A stretch of DNA of 64,000 nt from a virus: positions 1-64,000 of IMG/VR virus record IMGVR_UViG_3300042691_037350. One strand, 5' to 3'. The position numbers and the translations under genes are program-made. The notes below the pieces were generated by a model, which saw only the letters and a list, made by a program, of their open reading frames with translations, did not search any database and was not told the DNA's origin. Positions 6,692-16,675 of the stretch are shown here, one piece after another (the first letter of the stretch is position 1; each line of letters opens with the position of its first letter).

Positions 6692-7304
6692 AAGTTCTCT
6701 GCCTCATGGAGTTAGTGAAGAAGAATTTTTAAATGTATTAGATAATATTAGCAAAAGATTAGGCCACAAATTTAAATTTGGCTATCATAGCTATGATGAT
6801 ATGAAACAGCAGGCCGCCATATTTGCTCTAGAAGGCTTAGAGAAATACGATAAAAAACGCCCACTAGAAAACTTTCTTTGGACCCACGTTAGAAATAGGC
6901 TATTTAATTACAAGCGAGATAATTATCAAAGGCCCGATAAACCCTGTCTTACTTGTCCCCTATACGATGCCCACTGTAAAAAAAGCACCAATCAATGTTT
7001 AGAGTTTACAAATAAAAGTGACTGTGAATTATATAGTGCCTGGGAAACTCGTAACAATAGTAAAAAAAATATTATGAAACCCGTGGGTATAGAAGATATA
7101 GAAGATTATGGGTCCAAACACCATACCAAAGGAGATGTTTCTGAATTAGTATTTAATCAAGAAATTATCGACCTATTAGACGAAAAAATCCCCTCATCCC
7201 ACAGAGAAACATATCTCAAACTCAAATATGGCGAAAAGATTTGCAAGAGTGATCTTAATAAATTACTTCAAATAATTCGAGAAATTATAGATGAACAATA
7301 CTAA
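6642..7304 (+). CDS. Phage sigma70-family factor (putative late sigma) with Cys-rich insert
   Basis: Region-2-like YDDMKQQAAIFALEGLEKYD...FLWTHVRNRLFNYKR; CLTC..C..C..C insert. Confidence 0.75.
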   Translation: MTKKKKPQKPTKKLKNKSSLPHGVSEEEFLNVLDNISKRLGHKFKFGYHSYDDMKQQAAIFALEGLEKYDKKRPLENFLWTHVRNRLFNYKRDNYQRPDKPCLTCPLYDAHCKKSTNQCLEFTNKSDCELYSAWETRNNSKKNIMKPVGIEDIEDYGSKHHTKGDVSELVFNQEIIDLLDEKIPSSHRETYLKLKYGEKICKSDLNKLLQIIREIIDEQY

Positions 7305-8118
7305 TTCCCCCAAAGGCCCCAAGAAAAGAGGCCAGCTATCTCTAGATGAAGAAAAGTTTATAAGAGACCACATTTCATCTCTAACAATAGAGCAAATCGC
7401 CCAACAACTAAATCGATCTCCTGCACCAATAGAAAGATACTCTCTAGAAAATGACCTATTAATTAATCAAGACAGTTCCGATAATAAGTATCTTAAACAC
7501 AAATTGCATCAAAAAAGCTTTTGGACCGAAATAGAAAGACAGTTTGATAAAGATAGCGGCGAATTAGAATATTTTGAGAATGTGTGGATTAATTTAATGA
7601 AACAATTTCGTGAAGATGTTTTACCAGCAGAAGAACTTCAAATCAAACAATTTATTACTATAGATATTCTAATTAATAGAAGCATGAAAGAACGTAAGCG
7701 TCATATTGTGGAAACGGAAAAACTACAAAAGCAAGTGGATAAAGAATACGAAAAAGCAGAAGATCAAAGAGATATTCCTAAGTTGGCTAATATGGAAACT
7801 CAATTAAGTTTTGCTCGTAACAGTATTGCTAATTATACTAATGAATATACTAAACTATTAAATGAGCAGCAAAAAATAAGCAAAGATCTCAAAGCTACTA
7901 GAGAGCAGCGTATAAAAAGAATAGAAGATGGAAAAAGTAGCTGGACGGGACTTATACGAATGCTAGAAGATGAAGAGATAAGAGAAAAAGAGGGTCGAGA
8001 AATGGAGATTCTCGCAATGGCAACAGATAAGCATAAATCTAAACTAGAAGAATATCATACTTACGCGGATAATACCGTGGACAAACCTTTTTTAACACCA
8101 GATAGTGTGGAAGAGTAA
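7291..8118 (+). CDS. HTH + coiled-coil protein, possible terminase small subunit
   Basis: N-terminal HTH (IEQIAQQLNRSPAPIERY), long coiled coil, located upstream of TerL. Confidence 0.45.
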   Translation: MNNTNSPKGPKKRGQLSLDEEKFIRDHISSLTIEQIAQQLNRSPAPIERYSLENDLLINQDSSDNKYLKHKLHQKSFWTEIERQFDKDSGELEYFENVWINLMKQFREDVLPAEELQIKQFITIDILINRSMKERKRHIVETEKLQKQVDKEYEKAEDQRDIPKLANMETQLSFARNSIANYTNEYTKLLNEQQKISKDLKATREQRIKRIEDGKSSWTGLIRMLEDEEIREKEGREMEILAMATDKHKSKLEEYHTYADNTVDKPFLTPDSVEE

Positions 8119-8119
8119 T

Positions 8120-8683
8120 ATGAAACAAACCCAGGAAATTGATGGATGGTTTAATTATCATCAAACATATAATGTTTTAGTAGAAAGCATATCTCCAAAT
8201 GGCATTTTTGTTGAATGCGGCGCATGGCTTGGTAAAAGCTCATCATACTTATCAGATATCATAAGTAAAAAAAGACCAGATATTACTCTGTATATTGTTG
8301 ATTCTTGGCTGGGTTCACCCGCAGAAATAGATACTGCCCATAAATTAGCAACCGAAACAGATATATATAAAATATTTTTAAAAAACATGGGCGATAGAAA
8401 ATTTATACCGATTAGAAAATTATCAACAGAGGCAGCTAAAGAATTTACCAATGAATCACTAGACGTTGTATTTATAGATATGTCTCATGAATATGAGGAT
8501 GTGAAAATAGACCTAGACACATGGTTGCCTAAAGTTAAAACAGGCGGATATATTGCCGGTCATGACAGATCATGGCCAGGAGTTAAAAAAGCTATATTAG
8601 AAAAATTTAATCATAATAAAAAACGATTATATAGTCTACCAGGAGATTGTTGGACATACTACAAAGAAGGAGATATTAAATGA
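8120..8683 (+). CDS. Class I SAM-dependent methyltransferase (Methyltransf_24-like)
   Basis: VECGAWLGKSS, VDSW, DVVFIDMSHEY, WLPKVKTGGYIAGHD. Confidence 0.85.
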   Translation: MKQTQEIDGWFNYHQTYNVLVESISPNGIFVECGAWLGKSSSYLSDIISKKRPDITLYIVDSWLGSPAEIDTAHKLATETDIYKIFLKNMGDRKFIPIRKLSTEAAKEFTNESLDVVFIDMSHEYEDVKIDLDTWLPKVKTGGYIAGHDRSWPGVKKAILEKFNHNKKRLYSLPGDCWTYYKEGDIK

Positions 8684-9675
8684 GTGAAAAAATAGCATTA
8701 GTAACTGGTGTTACGGGACAAGACGGTAGTTATATGGCCGATCTTTTATTAGAAAAACAATACAAAGTTATTGGTTTGCACAGAAGATCTAGCACTAATA
8801 ATTTTGGTAGAATATCTCATCTAGCGAATAATAAAAATTTTATTTTAGAAGAATTTGATCTCACTGATCCTAGCGGCACTAATCAAATAGTTAGAAACTA
8901 CCAACCCGACGAATTTTATAATCTGGGCGCTCAGAGTCATGTGGGTACTAGCTTTAAGCAGCCAACCACAACTTTCGAAATAGATGCTGTGGGAGTCATC
9001 AATATACTAGAAGCTATACGTCATTATTCACCAGACACCAAATTATATCAAGCAGGAACGAGCGAAATGTTTGGAAGAAATTATTCTGTGGATTCTAATG
9101 GCAAAAAATATCAAGATGAAAATACAGTTATGCTCCCCCAAAGTCCATACGGTGTTGCTAAACTAGCTTCATACCATATGGTACAGATTTATAGAGCAGC
9201 TTATAATTTATATTGTTGCTGTGGAATACTTTTTAATCATGAAAGTCCCAGAAGGGGTGAAAACTTTGTTACTCGTAAAATTACTAAATATCTAGGCAAA
9301 GTTATACGTGGAGAAAATGTATCTAAACTTGAATTGGGTAATTTAGATGCTCATAGGGACTGGGGCCACGCCAAAGACTATGTAAAGGGAATGTGGATGA
9401 TGCTACAACAGCCACAGCCACAAGATTATGTATTGGCAACTGGCGAAACTCATAGCGTTAAAGAATTTTTAACTTCTGCTTTTAAATTAGCTAATTTAGA
9501 TTATACAAAATATGTTAATATTAATGAGGATTTATTTAGACCAGCAGAAGTTGATTATTTGTGTGGCAGATCAGCCAAAGCAGAGTCGGAATTATCTTGG
9601 AAACCAACATATTCTTTTGATGCCTTAGTTCAAGATATGGTTTATAACGATAGCAAACCTAATGCGAAATTTTAA
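8680..9675 (+). CDS. gmd: GDP-mannose 4,6-dehydratase
   Basis: ALVTGVTGQDGSY, YNLGAQSHV, SPYGVAK (YxxxK), GILFNHESPRRGENFVTRKI, RDWGHAKDYV. Confidence 0.95.
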   Translation: MSEKIALVTGVTGQDGSYMADLLLEKQYKVIGLHRRSSTNNFGRISHLANNKNFILEEFDLTDPSGTNQIVRNYQPDEFYNLGAQSHVGTSFKQPTTTFEIDAVGVINILEAIRHYSPDTKLYQAGTSEMFGRNYSVDSNGKKYQDENTVMLPQSPYGVAKLASYHMVQIYRAAYNLYCCCGILFNHESPRRGENFVTRKITKYLGKVIRGENVSKLELGNLDAHRDWGHAKDYVKGMWMMLQQPQPQDYVLATGETHSVKEFLTSAFKLANLDYTKYVNINEDLFRPAEVDYLCGRSAKAESELSWKPTYSFDALVQDMVYNDSKPNAKF

Positions 9676-9931
9676 TGATCCATTATATAAGAAATGGCGT
9701 AAGGAGGTTTATACCAGAGATAAACATAAATGTCAGTGGCCAGGGTGTGAAAGCAAAAAGAAGCTTAATGCTCATCATATAAAAACATGGGCAGAATATC
9801 CTTCTTTGCGTTTTTGTGTAAGTAACGGTATTACTCTTTGTTATTTACATCATAAAATGATAAAGGGTTTAGAAGCAATATATGAAGCAGTATTTTTTAA
9901 AATAGTGGCTAGTAAAAATGATAAACAATAA
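9662..9931 (+). CDS. HNH endonuclease
   Basis: RDKHKCQWPGC...AHHIK...NGITLCYLHH. Confidence 0.85.
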   Translation: MRNFNDPLYKKWRKEVYTRDKHKCQWPGCESKKKLNAHHIKTWAEYPSLRFCVSNGITLCYLHHKMIKGLEAIYEAVFFKIVASKNDKQ

Positions 9932-10394
9932 TGATTTTACTATTATTATAGATACAAGAGAACAGCAACCCTGGTCTTTTGAACATTATGTTACAGCCAA
10001 TAAAAAACTAGATACTGGAGATTATAGTATAGAGGGTCTAGAAAATATCTTAGCAATAGAGCGAAAAAAAAGCGTTAGTGAATTTGCTAATAATATTACC
10101 GAAAGTCGATTTAAAGATGTAGTCAATAGATTAAGTAATATTAAGTATTCTTTTTTACTACTAGAGTTCGACTTAGATGATGTACTTATTTATCCAGTAG
10201 GGTCTAATGTTCCTAAAAGAATGTGGGATAAAATTAAAATATCCCCTTCGTTTATTATGAAGCATTTATTAGAACTACAATTATATCATAATATTAAAGT
10301 AGTTTTTTGTGGAGACTCTGATAACGCAGCCAAGATGGCGGAATTCATTTTTAAAAAGGTACATTACATTGAGCGAAATAAAAAAGAAGTTTGA
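9918..10394 (+). CDS. ERCC4-domain nuclease
   Basis: IIIDTREQ, LDTGDYSI, AIERKK motifs. Confidence 0.85.
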   Translation: MINNNDFTIIIDTREQQPWSFEHYVTANKKLDTGDYSIEGLENILAIERKKSVSEFANNITESRFKDVVNRLSNIKYSFLLLEFDLDDVLIYPVGSNVPKRMWDKIKISPSFIMKHLLELQLYHNIKVVFCGDSDNAAKMAEFIFKKVHYIERNKKEV

Positions 10395-12399
10395 TTTTGA
10401 AGATGCGTGGTTAGGACTAGGCGATCTTAACCAAATTATCATCCCAAAAAATCCTATGATTCATAGGACAGAAAAAGAAATAGAGAATCCAGACTTACAT
10501 CTATTAAGATTATTACGTAGTCCTAAATATATAGGAAGTATGGTAAAACTACTATTGAACATAGAACTTCATCCTATCCAAATTGCTATTATACAAGAGT
10601 TTTGGATTAGGGCTTTTCCAATGTACATAGCTAGTCGAGGTTGGGGTAAGTCATTCTTATTAGCTTTATATTGTGTATTAAGGTGCGCATTTTTTCCTGG
10701 TACTAAGATTGTAGTTGTTGGCGCTGCTTTTAGACAGAGTAAAATTATCTTTGAGTATATGGAAACTATTTGGAGAAATAGTCCTATTTTACGTAGTATT
10801 TTTAATGGTAATGATGATGGTCCTCGCAGAGATGTGGATAGATGCACCATGAGACTGGGAGATAGTTGGACTATAGCTATTCCTATGGGTGATGGAAGTA
10901 AAATTAGAGGTCTTAGAGCGCATATAATTATTGCTGACGAATTTGCGTCTATATCACCGGACATTTACGAAACAGTAGTTTCTGGTTTCGCTGCTGTATC
11001 CGCCAGTCCTATTCAAAACGTAAAAGAAGAAGCTAAGAAACAAGCAATGATAAACGCTGGCTTATGGAATGAAGAATTAGAAGCATTAGATTACAAGATG
11101 GGTAATCAGGCAATTATTAGTGGTACGGCAGACTACGAATTCAAGCATTTCGCACAATATTGGAAACGATATAAAGGAATCATTGAAAGTAGAGGAGATC
11201 AACGTAAATTAGAAGAAATATTTAAAGGAGAAATTCCTAATAATTTTAATTGGAGAGATTACAGTATAATACGTATTCCATACGAATTAATTCCGAAGGG
11301 CTTCATGGATGATAAACAAGTTAGTAGAGCCAAAGCAACTATTCATACCGGAATATATAATATGGAATATGCTGCATGTTTTGTTAGAGATAGTGAAGGA
11401 TTTTTTAGACGTAGTCTGATTGAATCTTGTGTTACTTCTGACCGTAATCCTATTGTCATAAATAACAGAACCATTACCTTTGATGCGGCTACTCAAGGAA
11501 ATTCTTCTTGTCAGTATATATATGGTATAGATCCTGCCTCGGAACAAGATAATTTTAGTATTATTATATTAGAAGTACATCCTGATCATAGAAGAGTAGT
11601 ATATGGATGGACTACTAATCGTAGTAACTTTAAAGAAAGACTAAAAACTGGTTTAGTGCAAGAACATGACTTTTATGGTTTTTGTGCTCGTAAAATTCGT
11701 AATTTAATGAAAATATTTCCATGCACACGCATGGGTATTGATGCTCAGGGTGGTGGTGTTGCTATCGAAGAAGCATTGCACGACCCAAGTAAACTAGAAG
11801 AGGGAGAGCATCTTATTTGGCCAATTATTGATTATGATAAGGCTAAAGATACTGACAATCAACCAGGATTACATATTATTGAATTGGTGCAATTTGCTAA
11901 GGCAGATTGGACGAGTCAGGCCAATCATGGATTAAGAAAAGATCTAGAAGATAAAATATTATTATTTCCAAGATTTGATAATTTAACTCTCGGTTTAGCT
12001 TTAGAAAAAGAAGGCAAAGACATATTAGACAGTGATCTTAATCCTATATATGATAGCTTGAGTGAGTGCATATTAGAAATCGAAGAACTAAAAAATGAAT
12101 TGGTAACTATAGTGATGACACAAACGAGTACTGGTTCTGGGGCTAGAGACAGATGGGATACTCCAGAAGTTAAGCTACAAAATGGTAAAAAAGGTAGACT
12201 TCGTAAAGACCGATATAGTTCATTAGTTATAGCGAATATGTTAGCTAGACAAATGAGTAGAAGCTTACAGCCCATAGAGTACGAAGTAGTTGGTGGCAAT
12301 AGATTAAATATGGTCAAACAAGACGGAAATATGTACAAAGGACCAGAATGGTTTACTTCAGCGGCTAACGATGCTGATTATCTAGGGATTTATAAATAA
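10309..12399 (+). CDS. terL: Terminase large subunit (start may be TTG 10369)
   Basis: Walker A ASRGWGKS, RGLRA, Walker B IIIADE, RNase H-like YGIDPA, C-terminal KDRYSS. Confidence 0.9.
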   Translation: METLITQPRWRNSFLKRYITLSEIKKKFDFEDAWLGLGDLNQIIIPKNPMIHRTEKEIENPDLHLLRLLRSPKYIGSMVKLLLNIELHPIQIAIIQEFWIRAFPMYIASRGWGKSFLLALYCVLRCAFFPGTKIVVVGAAFRQSKIIFEYMETIWRNSPILRSIFNGNDDGPRRDVDRCTMRLGDSWTIAIPMGDGSKIRGLRAHIIIADEFASISPDIYETVVSGFAAVSASPIQNVKEEAKKQAMINAGLWNEELEALDYKMGNQAIISGTADYEFKHFAQYWKRYKGIIESRGDQRKLEEIFKGEIPNNFNWRDYSIIRIPYELIPKGFMDDKQVSRAKATIHTGIYNMEYAACFVRDSEGFFRRSLIESCVTSDRNPIVINNRTITFDAATQGNSSCQYIYGIDPASEQDNFSIIILEVHPDHRRVVYGWTTNRSNFKERLKTGLVQEHDFYGFCARKIRNLMKIFPCTRMGIDAQGGGVAIEEALHDPSKLEEGEHLIWPIIDYDKAKDTDNQPGLHIIELVQFAKADWTSQANHGLRKDLEDKILLFPRFDNLTLGLALEKEGKDILDSDLNPIYDSLSECILEIEELKNELVTIVMTQTSTGSGARDRWDTPEVKLQNGKKGRLRKDRYSSLVIANMLARQMSRSLQPIEYEVVGGNRLNMVKQDGNMYKGPEWFTSAANDADYLGIYK

Positions 12400-12455
12400 A
12401 AAAGTGTATAATTGTATTGTAATGGCATTATAATTCTATTAATAAAATAATAAAT

Positions 12456-14645
12456 ATGGCTAAAAGATATCCTAAGAGCGAAGCTATACAAAACGCCAAT
12501 GCTAGAGATGAGCAGGCATACGTCACATGGGGTGATGATTTAGCCAGTAAACAAGAAGCCCTAAAGTCTTCTTCGTCTTTAGATGAATTTACCGGAGTGG
12601 AGCGTTCTTCTGCTATGAGAAGATATGGTCTCGACTATTCTAATCTAGATAAAAATACATCTGGTCGCCCTGGTTTAACCAGATCCGATTATGATTTCTT
12701 TAGACCCGACGAAGCTGTTCCTCGTGAATTTAAACTTATTCTCAAGAAAGCAGAAGATATCTATCAGAGAGTTGGATTAGTTAAAAATGTAATTGATCTT
12801 ATGGGAGACTTTGCTAGTCAAGGGATTAGACCAGTCCATAAAAACAAAAGAATAGAAAAATTTTATAGGACATGGTTTAAAAAAATTAGAGGTAAAGAAA
12901 GATCCGAAAGGTTTTTAAATAATATTTATAAAACAGGGAATGTTGTATTAAGTAGACAAACCGGAAAACTTAGTCTTAAAGCAACAGAAAAACTTTATAA
13001 AGCAGCTGCATCTCCAGATTTTCAGGTTCAGGATATTGATGATATCAAACTAGAAAGAAGAGAAATTCCTTGGAAATATACTTTTATTGATCCTGTATAT
13101 GTAGACGTTGCTGCCGGAGCATTATCATCATTTGTTCAGAATAAAACATATGAATTAATTCTTCCTCCAACTTTACGTAAATTAGTTAATAACCCCAAGA
13201 CAGAAGCCGAAAAAGGTGTTGTTGCTAATTTGCCACCAGCTATTTTAGAAGCGGCAAAAACTAAAAAACCATACCCTCTAGATCCAGATAAGACTCTTGT
13301 ATTTCACTATAAAAAAGATGATTGGCAAACATGGGCATATCCCATGATATATGCGATTATGGATGATATTACTATTATAGAAAAACTTAAACTAGCAGAT
13401 ATGGCAGCTCTTGATGGTGCCATAAGTAATATTAGAATTTTTAAATTAGGAAACTTAGAACATAAAATTGCTCCCACAAAAGCAGCTACGGCTAAGTTGG
13501 CTCAAATTTTAGGTAATAATGTTGGTGGCGGAACAATGGATCTTGTGTGGGGGCCAGATATCGAACTAATAGAGAGTAACACTAATGTTCATCAATTTTT
13601 AGGCGAGGCAAAATACGTTCCACATCTTAATAGTATTTATGCTGGTCTTGGTATCCCTCCAACTTTGACAGGTACTTTTGGAGCAGCGGGAACAACCAAT
13701 AATTTTATTAGTCTTAAAACTTTAACACAAAGACTTCAGTATGGCCGTGATATGCTGGTAGAGTTTTGGGAAAAAGAAATGATTCTCATACAAAAGGCGA
13801 TGGGCTTTAGATATCCAGCTAAAATTGAATTTGATAGAATGGATCTTAGTAATGAAGACGCTGAAAAGGCATTGTTAATTCAACTAGCAGATAGAAATCT
13901 TATTAGTGATGAATTGTTACAAACTCGTTTTGGTTTTGATCCGGATATGGAAAAGAGTAGACTAAATAGAGAAATCAGAGAAAGAGATAGTGAAAGAATG
14001 GTAAGAAAAGCTGGTCCTTGGCACGATCCGTCACCAGAAAGTTCTTTACGCAAAATAGCTTTACAAACTGGTGTAGTTGCGCCAAGTGAAGTTGGCTTAG
14101 AATTAGAAAAGAAGAAAAACGGAGAGAAACCAGCATTGGAAATGAAGGCTCCATCTCAGCCTTCTTCAACGAAGTTGGCAAAGGATTCGAAAGAATCCTT
14201 GCCAAAAGAAGCTGGTGAAGGGCGACCAAAAAATACTAAAGATTCTGAGCCACGTAAAAGTAAAACATTTAAACCCCAAACCGGCGCTACGATGATGTTT
14301 TGGGCAAACGACGCTCAAGAAAAAATAAGTAAAATTGTCAATCCAATACTACTAGATTTTTATCAAAAGAAAAACCTTAGAAGTTTATCTAATGAAGAAA
14401 GTTTAGAGCTAGATAATATTAAAACGAAGATCCTATTCTCCACACCACCCTTTTCAGATATTAGTGAAGAAAAAGTCGCATCTCAAATCCACAACTTATC
14501 TGCACAACAAACACAAACTAATATTAATGCTTACCATAATTGGATCAATCAATTAAGATCAGCATTAAATAAAGAATTAACTGTTGAAGAACAAAAACAG
14601 GCTAAGGCGTCTTTCTATTCTATGGTGTATTCTAGTCTAGAATAA
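12456..14645 (+). CDS. Portal protein
   Basis: Follows TerL; portal-like GLVKNVIDLMGDFA and IYAGLGIPPTL segments; GRP in the C-terminal tail. Confidence 0.8.
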   Translation: MAKRYPKSEAIQNANARDEQAYVTWGDDLASKQEALKSSSSLDEFTGVERSSAMRRYGLDYSNLDKNTSGRPGLTRSDYDFFRPDEAVPREFKLILKKAEDIYQRVGLVKNVIDLMGDFASQGIRPVHKNKRIEKFYRTWFKKIRGKERSERFLNNIYKTGNVVLSRQTGKLSLKATEKLYKAAASPDFQVQDIDDIKLERREIPWKYTFIDPVYVDVAAGALSSFVQNKTYELILPPTLRKLVNNPKTEAEKGVVANLPPAILEAAKTKKPYPLDPDKTLVFHYKKDDWQTWAYPMIYAIMDDITIIEKLKLADMAALDGAISNIRIFKLGNLEHKIAPTKAATAKLAQILGNNVGGGTMDLVWGPDIELIESNTNVHQFLGEAKYVPHLNSIYAGLGIPPTLTGTFGAAGTTNNFISLKTLTQRLQYGRDMLVEFWEKEMILIQKAMGFRYPAKIEFDRMDLSNEDAEKALLIQLADRNLISDELLQTRFGFDPDMEKSRLNREIRERDSERMVRKAGPWHDPSPESSLRKIALQTGVVAPSEVGLELEKKKNGEKPALEMKAPSQPSSTKLAKDSKESLPKEAGEGRPKNTKDSEPRKSKTFKPQTGATMMFWANDAQEKISKIVNPILLDFYQKKNLRSLSNEESLELDNIKTKILFSTPPFSDISEEKVASQIHNLSAQQTQTNINAYHNWINQLRSALNKELTVEEQKQAKASFYSMVYSSLE

Positions 14646-14655
14646 GAGGTAAATA

Positions 14656-16185
14656 ATGCAAATATTTAATCAAGAAATTACTGATGGTCTAGAAGATAAG
14701 ATAAAAGCTTCTGCTTCTTTTTCTTATGCTTCCATAGTTGAGCCATGTGCTATTAATGATAGTAAAATTAAACATGTTAAAAGCTTAGCTTCTTATGATG
14801 ATTCTGATTTATATTATGTACAATCTATTTTAGTTAGTTCTTCATGGAATAAAAATGATGATATTTTTTCTCCAGCAGAAGTATGGGCTGCTAGAAATAC
14901 CCCCGAAGATAAACCAACCAATCTAGAGCACGACGAGAGTTTAATTATAGGTCATATCACAGCTAATTGGCCTATTACCGAGGAAGGTATTTTGATAGAT
15001 GAAAATACTCCTATAGAAAATTTACCAGAAAAATATCATATACTTACTGGTTCTGTAATTTACAAAGGATTTAGTAATCCTGATTTAAGAGAGAGAGCAC
15101 AAAAACTAATTGCTGAAATAGAAGATGGTACTAAGTTTGTTAGTATGGAGTGCTTTTTTAATGGTTTTGACTACGGACTTATTGATGAGTCAACCGGAGA
15201 CTTTAAAGTTTTAGCAAGAAATGATAATACTGCTTATCTTACAAAATATCTCAGATCATATGGTGGAACCGGAAAACACGAAAAGTATAAGATAGGTCGT
15301 GTATTAAGAAATATAACATTTTCTGGCAAGGGCTTTGTTGATAAGCCAGCAAATCCAGATAGTATTATTTTTACTAAAGAAACTTTTAATAAATTATTAA
15401 ACGAAAAAAAAGACGATTTATCAAAAGCAGGTGTATCTAACAATACGTTAACCCCTAACGCGGAGAATAATATTATGAGTTTAGATCTCGAATCATTTAT
15501 GAAAGAAGTAGCAGAAATCAAATCTAAGATCGAAGCTATGAACTGTGCAGAAACAGTTAAGGAAGCTTTTGCCTCCGCTGCTGCTCTCAAAGACAAAACA
15601 GTAGAACTAGAAAATGTTATTAAGGCTCATGAAGTCACAATAACAGAAACCAAGGCTGCTCTTGATGCTGTAGTTCTTGAAAAAGAAGAAGCTGCTAAGA
15701 AAGCTGATGAGGATATGGCTAAGAAGGAAGAAGAGATGAAGAAAGCCAAATCTGAATTAGAAGCAGCTAATGAAGTTATTGCTGCTTACAAGAGCAAAGA
15801 AGAAGAGATGGCCAAGAAAGAAAAGAAAATGAAAAGAATGGCATCTCTAGTTGAGGCTGGTATCGATTCTGAAACAGCTTCAGCCACAGTAGATAAATTT
15901 GAATCTCTTAACGACGAAGCTTTCGAAGCTATGACAAGTCTTTTTGCTGGCAAAATGCCTCCTTGGCTCAATAAAGACAAGAAGGATGAAGAAGAAAAGG
16001 GTCCAGAAAAGAAAAAGGCTTCTGAAGATGTTGTTGACGCTAGTACTCTAGAAGACGTAGAGACAGAAGAAAGTGTCAACCTAAGTGTCGGTGGCGAGAC
16101 AGCCTCACAAGAGGACTCAACTCGTGCTGAATTACTTGAATTCGTTTGTGCTAGACTAGGTAAAAAACTTAACAAGGGAGAATAA
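14656..16185 (+). CDS. Prohead protease fused to scaffold
   Basis: NKNDD, KPTNLEH, IIGHI, VSMEC, FSGKGFVDKPAN protease motifs; C-terminal E/K/A coiled coil. Confidence 0.8.
   Translation: MQIFNQEITDGLEDKIKASASFSYASIVEPCAINDSKIKHVKSLASYDDSDLYYVQSILVSSSWNKNDDIFSPAEVWAARNTPEDKPTNLEHDESLIIGHITANWPITEEGILIDENTPIENLPEKYHILTGSVIYKGFSNPDLRERAQKLIAEIEDGTKFVSMECFFNGFDYGLIDESTGDFKVLARNDNTAYLTKYLRSYGGTGKHEKYKIGRVLRNITFSGKGFVDKPANPDSIIFTKETFNKLLNEKKDDLSKAGVSNNTLTPNAENNIMSLDLESFMKEVAEIKSKIEAMNCAETVKEAFASAAALKDKTVELENVIKAHEVTITETKAALDAVVLEKEEAAKKADEDMAKKEEEMKKAKSELEAANEVIAAYKSKEEEMAKKEKKMKRMASLVEAGIDSETASATVDKFESLNDEAFEAMTSLFAGKMPPWLNKDKKDEEEKGPEKKKASEDVVDASTLEDVETEESVNLSVGGETASQEDSTRAELLEFVCARLGKKLNKGE
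15475..16185 (+). CDS. Nested in-frame scaffold protein
   Basis: GGAGA RBS (15462-15466) and in-frame ATG 15475 at the start of the coiled coil, preceded by a GGTGTAT motif. Confidence 0.65.
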   Translation: MSLDLESFMKEVAEIKSKIEAMNCAETVKEAFASAAALKDKTVELENVIKAHEVTITETKAALDAVVLEKEEAAKKADEDMAKKEEEMKKAKSELEAANEVIAAYKSKEEEMAKKEKKMKRMASLVEAGIDSETASATVDKFESLNDEAFEAMTSLFAGKMPPWLNKDKKDEEEKGPEKKKASEDVVDASTLEDVETEESVNLSVGGETASQEDSTRAELLEFVCARLGKKLNKGE

Positions 16186-16186
16186 C

Positions 16187-16648
16187 ATGGCTCTTAAAGC
16201 AGATCGTATCGAACTATTAACAGATATCTCATTCTTCATGAACACAGTTGCCGAAAGAGGCGGTGTGGTCAGTGCAGTATCAGCCACAACTGGCGTTGGC
16301 GTATCTATGGATGACGCTAATGCTGTCGTTGAATATGCTGCTACAGTTAGTGGATCCAAGCCTCTCGGCGTTCTACTAACAGACGTAGTAAATCTTGACC
16401 TCACAAGACAGCACATCAACTGGCATAAAGACGAGGTACAATTAGGTGGCAAGGTTATTCTACTCCGTCAAGGTCAAGTAACAACCAACATGATTGTATC
16501 AAACGCTACACCCGTTGCTGGCTCAGATGCCTATGTTGGCGTTAGTGGTCTTATCGGTACAACTAGTACCAATAGTGTAAAGATCGGCCAGTTTTTGAGT
16601 GGCAAAGACGCCGACGGTTACGCAAAAGTCTCTGTAAACATTGCTTAA
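16187..16648 (+). CDS. Head decoration/cement protein
   Basis: Between scaffold and MCP; beta-rich, KPLGVLL...GQV...IGQFLS pattern. Confidence 0.7.
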   Translation: MALKADRIELLTDISFFMNTVAERGGVVSAVSATTGVGVSMDDANAVVEYAATVSGSKPLGVLLTDVVNLDLTRQHINWHKDEVQLGGKVILLRQGQVTTNMIVSNATPVAGSDAYVGVSGLIGTTSTNSVKIGQFLSGKDADGYAKVSVNIA

Positions 16649-16675
16649 GCTTAAACAACAATAAGGGAGAATAAA

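Noticed and set aside
10309-14645. Intein or intron in terminase or portal
   Set aside because: No C...HN splice motifs or LAGLIDADG insert; the ORFs are continuous
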